From IMG/VR virus record IMGVR_UViG_3300034062_000507: 64,000 nucleotides of DNA. One strand, 5' to 3'. The notes under the pieces are model-generated. The model made no database searches. It was not told the origin of the DNA and saw nothing but the letters and a program-made list of their open reading frames with translations. Below, piece by piece: positions 9,602-16,033 of the stretch (position 1 is its first letter; each line of letters opens with the position of its first letter). The stretch is from an uncultured virus (IMG/VR IMGVR_UViG_3300034062_000507) (taxonomy: Duplodnaviria > Heunggongvirae > Uroviricota > Caudoviricetes). The position numbers and the translations under genes were made by a program.

Positions 9602-10151
9602 TCTTTACCACTTCACGAGCTTCAACATCAATGACCTTACCTTCGAGGCTTTGTAAGGTCTCCAGAAGTTCTTTTTCTACCTCTTCGGCAGTCAAAATCT
9701 TGTGCGTAACTTCCGTGCGCTTCTTGAATGCGTCCACACCATCAATCTCGCCCAAGTTTCTTAGGGCAGTAAGCCGTGCTTTGGGGTCGCGCGCATTCTC
9801 AATCTCATACACAAGCTTGTTGACCACGTACATCTTGAAGTCAGACAGCTCTTCTACGATAGACACGTTCATCTGAGCAACCATGCCGGCAAGAAACGCC
9901 AATGTTTCGTTGGGGTAGCTCGCAAACTCGGGCCTGTGTTTGGGGTCCTGCGCCATCTGACGGGCTAGGACTGTGGCCTGATCTGCGTTTTCTTGGGTGG
10001 GGGTAAGCGCCTGACCCGTGAGGTCTGACATTAGCTTGATGACGTTGGCCCGCATCTGCAATTCTTCAGCAGGCGACAAGTCTGGGAACGCTTCTTTTGC
10101 GTTCTGTGGCAGAGGAATATTTTCCTCGATGTTCGGCATTATCTGGTCCAT
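9579..10151 (-). CDS. Putative terminase small subunit
   Basis: 190-aa helical protein overlapping the terL start; ARLTALRNLGEIDGVDAF resembles TerS C-termini. Confidence 0.65.
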   Translation of the reverse strand: MDQIMPNIEENIPLPQNAKEAFPDLSPAEELQMRANVIKLMSDLTGQALTPTQENADQATVLARQMAQDPKHRPEFASYPNETLAFLAGMVAQMNVSIVEELSDFKMYVVNKLVYEIENARDPKARLTALRNLGEIDGVDAFKKRTEVTHKILTAEEVEKELLETLQSLEGKVIDVEAREVVKNEPNTDA

Positions 10152-10181
10152 GTCAGCGAAGGCTCCTTCGGCAGTTACCCT

Positions 10182-10211
10182 AATGTAACAGAAAAATATA
10201 TCTTTGTGCAA
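10182..10211 (-). promoter_or_regulatory. Putative leftward (packaging/late) promoter
   Basis: TTGCAC-N18-TACATT with TGn extension, upstream of terS. Confidence 0.45.
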
Positions 10212-10408
10212 GGGGAGGTTAGGAATCCTACCGGGGGGGTATTTCTAGGTGGATTTGGATTGACCGGCGTGTGTAATTCGTGAAGGGGGTGGGGGGTGTT
10301 TGGAAAAAATGTGGAGTTATTTGTGCGTGTTAGGGGGTATGGGGTATGCGGGGGGACCCATTGACAGCCTTGGGGGGTGGGGGGATGGGGGGCGTCCCCC
10401 TGCCAAAC

Positions 10409-10438
10409 TTTACTTATGCCCCCCATTCATGGCACATT
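10409..10438 (+). promoter_or_regulatory. Early promoter, class A, copy 1
   Basis: TTTACT-N18-CACATT with TGn; similar to copies at 11258 and 12152. Confidence 0.55.
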
Positions 10439-10488
10439 TACATCACTGACTCAGCACATCGCAAAGGGTCAGTAACCGGGAGACCTAC

Positions 10489-10701
10489 ATGGTCATGCAC
10501 GCAGTACGTAAGTGGATTCGTACCCACGGTTTGTTCACCGCGTCAGTGACGCTCGACGATAGCACAACGTCTTACAAGACGTGGACGAAGTCCAGTGCGC
10601 TGGAATGGATGTGGTTGCACAGCCGCAAGCAGTCAGCGCAACAGTTCAGCACGGTTACCAACGTGCTTGGCCAACGTGTCGCGGTACGTTACTACCGCTA
10701 A
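10489..10701 (+). CDS. Small early hypothetical protein
   Basis: 70 aa, GGAG RBS, followed by a UUCG hairpin. Confidence 0.55.
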   Translation: MVMHAVRKWIRTHGLFTASVTLDDSTTSYKTWTKSSALEWMWLHSRKQSAQQFSTVTNVLGQRVAVRYYR

Positions 10702-10706
10702 CCAAC

Positions 10707-10730
10707 GAGGGGACTTCGGTCCCCTCTCTT
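10707..10730 (+). terminator. Hairpin / weak terminator
   Basis: GAGGGGAC-TTCG-GTCCCCTC-TCTT. Confidence 0.65.
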
Positions 10731-10741
10731 CTGGAGAAACC

Positions 10742-10954
10742 ATGAAAGCAAAGCAGCCATCCATCCAGCAGACGATCAACTCGTTCGTCCACGCTGATCC
10801 CTTCAACGCACTGTTTGTGTATGAAGCCATCAATCGCCATGTGCAGTATGTCATGCGCCTTGACCCCAAGGATCATGAACGCTCGCTGGTCAGTCTCAAC
10901 CTGATGCAAGAGATTGCACAGGATTGGCACAACACAACACATCCGAGTAAGTGA
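10742..10954 (+). CDS. Small early hypothetical protein
   Basis: 70 aa MKAKQPSIQQ..., GGAG RBS. Confidence 0.6.
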   Translation: MKAKQPSIQQTINSFVHADPFNALFVYEAINRHVQYVMRLDPKDHERSLVSLNLMQEIAQDWHNTTHPSK

Positions 10955-11148
10955 TGACCACAGGCCAGACCAACATCTGGCGTGCTCATGTGCGGCAGGC
11001 AACGCTTGCCGCACTGCGCGAACGCCGTCCACTCAGTGCAATCAACCCTCGCGCTGTGTTCTTCCACACAATACGACAGGGAGTGACACGCGCAACATTC
11101 ATCGCCAAGGTAGAGGGCGATGAGTTCAGTAGGTATCCACGCCGCTGA
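10954..11148 (+). CDS. Small basic early hypothetical protein
   Basis: TGATG coupling with the previous gene; followed by a hairpin. Confidence 0.5.
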   Translation: MTTGQTNIWRAHVRQATLAALRERRPLSAINPRAVFFHTIRQGVTRATFIAKVEGDEFSRYPRR

Positions 11149-11152
11149 CCAC

Positions 11153-11176
11153 AGACCATCCTTTCGGGGATGGTTT
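11153..11176 (+). terminator. Intrinsic terminator-like hairpin
   Basis: GACCATCC...GGATGGTTT inverted repeat after the stop codon. Confidence 0.55.
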
Positions 11177-11214
11177 GATACCAGTTATTTTCCGTCGCGC
11201 GAATGAGTGCGTGC
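11174..11214 (+). repeat. Conserved intergenic box, copy 1
   Basis: TTTGAtACCAGTTATTTT....CGCGCG...GAGTGCGTGCG, also at 12067 and 12894 and partly at 23373. Confidence 0.85.
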
Positions 11215-11257
11215 GTGCCACAAGGCCGCTAAATAGGACTCCATCCCCGCGTGAAAC

Positions 11258-11287
11258 TTTACTTAAGACCCTTCATTGTGTCACTAT
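11258..11287 (+). promoter_or_regulatory. Early promoter, class A, copy 2
   Basis: TTTACT-N18-CACTAT with TGn; degenerate palindrome at 11240-11255 just upstream. Confidence 0.6.
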
Positions 11288-11354
11288 TCAATCACTGAGA
11301 CGCAATTCAGCACTCAGTGTTTTATCAATCGTTCATATTCATGGAGATTTGAAC

Positions 11355-12002
11355 ATGGCAACTAAAGCCGCAAAAGTCGTGGAATCCGCCACGCAAGTAT
11401 CCTTCACTTCACTGAAGGACTCAGCATTCCAACAAGCCGGTGCGCACCAGACCTTAGAGTCAGTCGCGCATTATGTTCTGGCGAATGTTAAAGACTTCCC
11501 CAAAGAAATCCCCACCGAAGCTAAAGACTCTCTTTATGAGGGTTACCGCATGAAGTTTGATGCGCTCAAACCCGCCACTATGTATGCCGTTATCAACGGC
11601 CACTATGTTCTGGCGACTGAAGAGCACAAGGCCGCAAAGAACGTGGAAAAAGTGGAGATCGGTATCCCGTATGCTTACTCTTACTCAGCGCAGGAATTCG
11701 GCAAACTGGCGAATACCAACCCTGCGCTCCACGCCCTTGTGAAGGAAATCAGGGAAAAGACTTCTACTTATTGCTCAAATCGATTGGGTGATTTGAAGAG
11801 GGCCGCGACTCGCATCCTGAACGATGGTCAAGATCGCAAGCGTACCGCGAATAAAGACTTCGCTGAGTTTGTTGACGAATGGTTTAAAGAAACCGCACCA
11901 ACCCGACTGAAGTCGGCAACAAGCCGCAGGGATGCTACTGCGGATGACAAGCGTTTCAATGAAGCAAAAGTCGCATTCATGGTGATATGGAAGCGCACCT
12001 AA
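11355..12002 (+). CDS. Early protein of unknown function, paralog 1
   Basis: 215 aa from ATG 11355 (GGAG RBS); clearly similar to 12237..12836 (EAKD.LY.GYRM, YAVIN.HYVLA, QEFGKL.NTNPALHA, YCSNRLGDLKRAA). Confidence 0.85.
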   Translation: MATKAAKVVESATQVSFTSLKDSAFQQAGAHQTLESVAHYVLANVKDFPKEIPTEAKDSLYEGYRMKFDALKPATMYAVINGHYVLATEEHKAAKNVEKVEIGIPYAYSYSAQEFGKLANTNPALHALVKEIREKTSTYCSNRLGDLKRAATRILNDGQDRKRTANKDFAEFVDEWFKETAPTRLKSATSRRDATADDKRFNEAKVAFMVIWKRT

Positions 12003-12024
12003 GCTAAGTGATTAGCTGACCAAC

Positions 12025-12056
12025 CCCGCAGGCCGCAAGGTCTGCGGGTTTTTTTT
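12025..12056 (+). terminator. Intrinsic terminator
   Basis: CCCGCAGGCC-GCAA-GGTCTGCGGG followed by T8. Confidence 0.9.
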
Positions 12057-12066
12057 CGCCTGCTAT

Positions 12067-12108
12067 TTTGAAACCAGTTATTTTCTGTCGCGCGCGGGAG
12101 TGCGTGCG
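12067..12108 (+). repeat. Conserved intergenic box, copy 2
   Basis: TTTGAAACCAGTTATTTTCTGTCGCGCGCGGGAGTGCGTGCG. Confidence 0.85.
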
Positions 12109-12151
12109 TGGCCTTGAAATCCTTAAATAGCATCCCATCCCCCCGTGGAAC

Positions 12152-12180
12152 TGTACTTATAGACCTTGTTATGCCACTAT
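12152..12180 (+). promoter_or_regulatory. Early promoter, class A, copy 3
   Basis: TGTACT-N17-CACTAT with TGn; palindrome at 12134-12149 just upstream. Confidence 0.6.
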
Positions 12181-12236
12181 TACTCATCGGTTAGCACAGT
12201 GCTAGCCGATATTCTGTAACTTAAACGGAGGACACC

Positions 12237-12836
12237 ATGTCTACCATTTCATCTTTGAAAGACCTTGGCTACCAGCAAGCCAAGACAGGCGATAGTCTTG
12301 AATCACAGGCACAGTATGCCTTGGGCCACATCACAGGCTTTCCAGAGGATGTGCCTAGCGAAGCAAAGGATGCCCTGTACGATGGGTATCGTATGCGATA
12401 CAGCGAGAGAAAACCCGCTGTGACCTATGCTGTGATAAATGACCATTATGTGTTGGCATCGGTTGAACAGATGCAAAACAAGAAAATCGAGAAAATCGAT
12501 GTGGGTGTGGCCTATGCGTTTTCCTACTCATCACAGGAATTCGGAAAGCTCAAGAACACCAACCCAGCATTACACGCCATCATCAAGGTAGTTCGTGATG
12601 ATGTGGCCGATTACTGTTCTAACCGATTAGGTGACCTGAAACGGGCGGCTAAAAAGCTCATCGCCAAAAAGGATGGTGCAACACGGACAACGCTAGATTT
12701 CGCACAGTCAATGCTCAAGGCATTTGAAGCACAGGAAAAATCTGTGAAAGTGAAACAGGCCAAGGGTGATACCACAGCGAACAGCGCCAAGTTTGCCCTT
12801 GCAACAAAGGCATTCTGGACAACCTACAACAAATGA
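12237..12836 (+). CDS. Early protein of unknown function, paralog 2
   Basis: 199 aa, GGAGG RBS, paralog of 11355..12002. Confidence 0.85.
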   Translation: MSTISSLKDLGYQQAKTGDSLESQAQYALGHITGFPEDVPSEAKDALYDGYRMRYSERKPAVTYAVINDHYVLASVEQMQNKKIEKIDVGVAYAFSYSSQEFGKLKNTNPALHAIIKVVRDDVADYCSNRLGDLKRAAKKLIAKKDGATRTTLDFAQSMLKAFEAQEKSVKVKQAKGDTTANSAKFALATKAFWTTYNK

Positions 12837-12847
12837 TGTCCTAACCC

Positions 12848-12882
12848 AAGCCCACATGGTTCTTGCCATGTGGGCTTTTTTT
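12848..12882 (+). terminator. Intrinsic terminator
   Basis: AAGCCCACATGG-TTCTTG-CCATGTGGGCTT followed by a T run. Confidence 0.9.
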
Positions 12883-12893
12883 CGTCCGTGCTT

Positions 12894-12935
12894 TTTGAGA
12901 CCAGTTATTTTTCGACGCGCGCGAGAGTGCGTGCG
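12894..12935 (+). repeat. Conserved intergenic box, copy 3
   Basis: TTTGAGACCAGTTATTTTTCGACGCGCGCGAGAGTGCGTGCG. Confidence 0.85.
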
Positions 12936-12991
12936 AGGCTTGGGCATGGACAAGAGGCTTAATTAGCGTCCCACGCATACGTGGAATTCGT

Positions 12992-13109
12992 TGTATCGCC
13001 TACCGTTCTCAGAAATGATAGGCTAGAAATTCAGTGTATCGCCTACCGTTCTCAGAAATGATAGGCTAGAAATTCAGTGTATCGCCTACCGTTCTCAGAA
13101 ATCATAGGC
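12992..13109. repeat. 43-bp tandem repeat (~2.7 copies, plus a degenerate copy near 13130-13152)
   Basis: TGTATCGCCTACCGTTCTCAGAAATGATAGGCTAGAAATTCAG starts at 12992, 13035 and 13078. Confidence 0.95.
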
Positions 13110-13119
13110 CAAAAAGGGG

Positions 13120-13555
13120 GTTCTGTCATTTACCGTTTTCTTAAATGATAGGATTCGGGTTTTGTTCTATTTTTTTCTAGAACAAAGTTCTGTTTAGTGT
13201 ACTGGAATAGAACAGAAAAAGTGAGGATTCATGCGGGTTCCCGAGGTTCTGTTCTATTTGTTCTGCGATTTTGCAGGGTATGTCCCTTTTTTGCAGAAAA
13301 GTTGAGAAAGCAAGGGCGGCCCAGCCACTGCAAAAAAACATCAAAAAATAGAGGCATATCCTCTTTTTTCGTAGAACACGACACGGTATTGTTCTATCTA
13401 TATTTTTTATTAAAGAATAATAGTAGAGAGGTATTCAAAAAAATCAGAAGTCCCGCGCAAAACACCAATTTCTCGTTCTATATGTAACTTAACGAAATTA
13501 GAACAAAAAGAACGAAAAAAGAACAAGGAAACATAGTACAATGCTTGTTCTATAA
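13120..13555. other. AT-rich non-coding region with many GTTCT/AGAAC motifs; candidate replication origin
   Basis: About 15 GTTCT(A)/(T)AGAAC motifs in both orientations around A/T tracts; no convincing ORF. Confidence 0.55.
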
Positions 13556-13570
13556 CCTAAGGAGTTCCCC

Positions 13571-13966
13571 ATGACTGCAAGAAAACGTGCCCCCAAGACC
13601 AGCTACGCCAACGAACTGATAACCCACAACGGCAAGACCATGACCCTGAGGGCGTGGGCAGATGAACTAAACCTCGACTACCGCACCTTCTCTATCCGCT
13701 ACGCAAGAGGCCTGCGAGACACCGAGTTGTTCCAGCCACTGAACCCATACAACATGACGCTGACCGTGGGCGGAGAGACCCATAACCTAACCGAGTGGGC
13801 AGAGATCACAGGGCTGCCGCGAGATGTCATAAGGATGAGGGCAATCAGGGGTTGGACTGACGAGAAGATACTACAGCCCAAACAGCAACGCGCACCCAGA
13901 ACCCGCAAGCACACCCCCGAGCCAGTGGATTTACGCCAGAAGCTTAGAGACCTACTCGCTAAGTAA
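13571..13966 (+). CDS. Putative DNA-binding protein with two HTH-like repeats
   Basis: ITHNGKTMTLRAWADELNL and LTVGGETHNLTEWAEITGL...RGW resemble DNA-binding modules found on HNH homing endonucleases; TAAGGAG RBS. Confidence 0.7.
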   Translation: MTARKRAPKTSYANELITHNGKTMTLRAWADELNLDYRTFSIRYARGLRDTELFQPLNPYNMTLTVGGETHNLTEWAEITGLPRDVIRMRAIRGWTDEKILQPKQQRAPRTRKHTPEPVDLRQKLRDLLAK

Positions 13967-13983
13967 TTATTTTTATTAACCTC

Positions 13984-14012
13984 TTGACTCAAAGGTAAAG
14001 TTATGTTATACT
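13984..14012 (+). promoter_or_regulatory. Strong sigma70 promoter, class B, copy 1
   Basis: TTGACT-N17-TATACT with TGn and an AT-rich upstream segment. Confidence 0.85.
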
Positions 14013-14123
14013 GGAGTCTGGGTCGGGGGGTAATCACTCAGCGACCCTAAGTAGCATCCCACGCTGCCGTGGGATTTGTTTCAACCAATCGGTGTCCTTT
14101 GCAGGAACCACAAGGAGATGGAA

Positions 14124-14456
14124 ATGATAGTATCGTTTATGACAGCATTACCTGACAAGCAGGTAAACCGAGACGCAACTGCATGGATGCAAGCCATGCC
14201 CCGTTCAGTTCGCAAGACTCTGCGGCTGACCAAACCCCGTCAACGCAATGTCAACACCCACGATGGCGTGGATGACTATTTGGCAGTTGACTGCCGCACT
14301 GACACATACCACACACAGAACCTTGAGTTCCTTGACCGTGGCTATGACTTCGATGAGTTCAACGACATCGACGACGAGCATGAGGGCTTGACCATCACCT
14401 CTGCCATGACGGAGGTTGAGATGTTTGAGTTCTGCACAGGCTACGACATCATCTAA
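14124..14456 (+). CDS. Early hypothetical protein with acidic C-terminus
   Basis: AAGGAG RBS; 110 aa. Confidence 0.65.
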   Translation: MIVSFMTALPDKQVNRDATAWMQAMPRSVRKTLRLTKPRQRNVNTHDGVDDYLAVDCRTDTYHTQNLEFLDRGYDFDEFNDIDDEHEGLTITSAMTEVEMFEFCTGYDII

Positions 14457-14511
14457 TCACACATTCAACTAAGCACCCACGCACCCGTGGGTGTCCATTC
14501 AGGAGATTATT

Positions 14512-14772
14512 ATGGGACGAGTAAAAGCCTTTTACGCAGAGCTGTCAGGTCAACACGACCGAGGCGCAGACGAGCCACAACCCGAGGTTGTTCGCAAGAT
14601 GTTCTTGCTGTTGTGCAACGGCCAGCCCTTGGCGTTGTATGACCATCGGGACACTGCCGAGTACGAGATGCACATCTGCATCCAAGGTGACAGGTACGAG
14701 GGCATCGAGAGCAAGTACCGCATCAAGACTATGGGTGTTGTCACCCACGCATACGAGGAGGAGACGGAATGA
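14512..14772 (+). CDS. Hypothetical protein
   Basis: AGGAG RBS; 86 aa. Confidence 0.6.
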   Translation: MGRVKAFYAELSGQHDRGADEPQPEVVRKMFLLLCNGQPLALYDHRDTAEYEMHICIQGDRYEGIESKYRIKTMGVVTHAYEEETE

Positions 14773-14981
14773 AAAGCTACAAGCCACACTGCGCCCACTG
14801 CGGCAAAGAGTACTCCACTGAACGGTGGAAGCTTGGCTACAAACTCTGTATGCCGTGCGGTGAGAAACTTTCACAGCAGAGGGTACGCACCATCGTACCC
14901 ATGCACAAGAGCAACTACATGATGATCACCGACATGGATGACTTGAAGGGCATCAACAACAAGGGAGGGCTACACCGATGA
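14769..14981 (+). CDS. Small C4 zinc-finger protein
   Basis: CAHCG-x14-CMPC; ATGA overlap with the previous gene. Confidence 0.7.
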   Translation: MKSYKPHCAHCGKEYSTERWKLGYKLCMPCGEKLSQQRVRTIVPMHKSNYMMITDMDDLKGINNKGGLHR

Positions 14982-15325
14982 TGAATCACGACAGTGAGTT
15001 CGCCCATATGCGGGGCGTGTTCATGCCCATAGACAGTGACAAGCCCGATCTACCGTTCAGTGAATTCATAACTGACAGTGGGCTACACAGGGTAGCGGGG
15101 TCTGGGAAGTATGAAAACAACTTCTTTGCCCAATACACCATCCCACGGGACGGTGGGACGATAGGTGTGTCTGTCATCAGCGGCAATATGTTCTATTGCT
15201 CACCCGATGCGCCATACGAGGTGATGGTCAACGGCAATGGCGACCCGCAAGGGTTCATGACAGACGAACAGCTAATGATCTTGTTAGCGAAACTAATTGC
15301 AGGAGAAGACCTCTATGACCGATGA
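14978..15325 (+). CDS. Hypothetical protein
   Basis: 115 aa, translationally coupled. Confidence 0.6.
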   Translation: MMNHDSEFAHMRGVFMPIDSDKPDLPFSEFITDSGLHRVAGSGKYENNFFAQYTIPRDGGTIGVSVISGNMFYCSPDAPYEVMVNGNGDPQGFMTDEQLMILLAKLIAGEDLYDR

Positions 15326-15503
15326 CCCGAGAGCTACCGCACTGCGGATGCACAGTATGTACAAGCACAGCAAGTACTCACCCGAGAGCCGCGCGACAGA
15401 CCATGCGTTCGCGTATGAGAGTCACGAGGAAGGGCGCAAGTTCTGGATTGCAGTCTTGCAAGAGATTTACCGTATCAAAGATGGAGGAAGCAATGGGATA
15501 TAG
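15315..15503 (+). CDS. Hypothetical protein
   Basis: 62 aa, AGGAG RBS. Confidence 0.5.
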   Translation: MTDDPRATALRMHSMYKHSKYSPESRATDHAFAYESHEEGRKFWIAVLQEIYRIKDGGSNGI

Positions 15504-15894
15504 ATCAGATGTGGCGTACACGATCAGGTTCACTGATGACCACGATACCAACAATGTGCAGTCGTTCTATACATTCCTATTGGAAGCGAAGGCCAACCCC
15601 AAGTGCCAGATAGCCCTTGCCGAAGTGACGATAGACGAGAAGCGTCAGCGGTTCACATTCACTGCCGAAGATGTGAAGTGGTACGACAGTTACCCCGATG
15701 TGATGAGTCACCATGCGTTGATTGAACTAGCGAAAGATTGGGCAGACCAAGTGTTTGAGGGGAAACTTCATTGCCGCATAGGTGCGGTGTTTGTACGCAT
15801 GGGCGAGAACTTAGATGATATCGAAGAAGTCCACGCTGGAGACTACAACTACGACTGGATAAACGTGGAGAGGAAGATCAACACAGACTGGTAG
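15493..15894 (+). CDS. Hypothetical protein (MGYRSDV-type phage early protein)
   Basis: GGAGG RBS; MGYRSDVAY...VKWY...FVRMGE pattern. Confidence 0.7.
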   Translation: MGYRSDVAYTIRFTDDHDTNNVQSFYTFLLEAKANPKCQIALAEVTIDEKRQRFTFTAEDVKWYDSYPDVMSHHALIELAKDWADQVFEGKLHCRIGAVFVRMGENLDDIEEVHAGDYNYDWINVERKINTDW

Positions 15895-15916
15895 TTAAAA
15901 AACTTGAGCAAACCCC

Positions 15917-15945
15917 TTGACTCAAAGGTCAAGTTGTGTTATACT
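15917..15945 (+). promoter_or_regulatory. Strong sigma70 promoter, class B, copy 2
   Basis: TTGACT-N17-TATACT; spacer differs from the 13984 copy at only 2 positions. Confidence 0.85.
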
Positions 15946-16033
15946 TATAGCTAGTGGGGAGAGCAGATTGGCTACCCCACTACTTAGCGACCCACGCAAT
16001 CGTGGGATTTGATTTCAACCAACGGAGAGAGTA

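Noticed and set aside
10175..10549. Pro-rich and Gly-rich ORFs at the divergence point
   Set aside because: Translations of the G/C runs that overlap predicted promoters.
11175..11354. 60-aa N-terminal extension of paralog 1 in the ORF track
   Set aside because: Spans the conserved box and promoter; RBS and paralog alignment support ATG 11355.
12992..13109. Mini CRISPR array
   Set aside because: Units are head-to-tail identical with no unique spacers, and there is no cas operon.
13197..13487. 96-aa ORF in the AT-rich region
   Set aside because: GTG start without RBS, atypical composition, runs through the repeat-rich tract.
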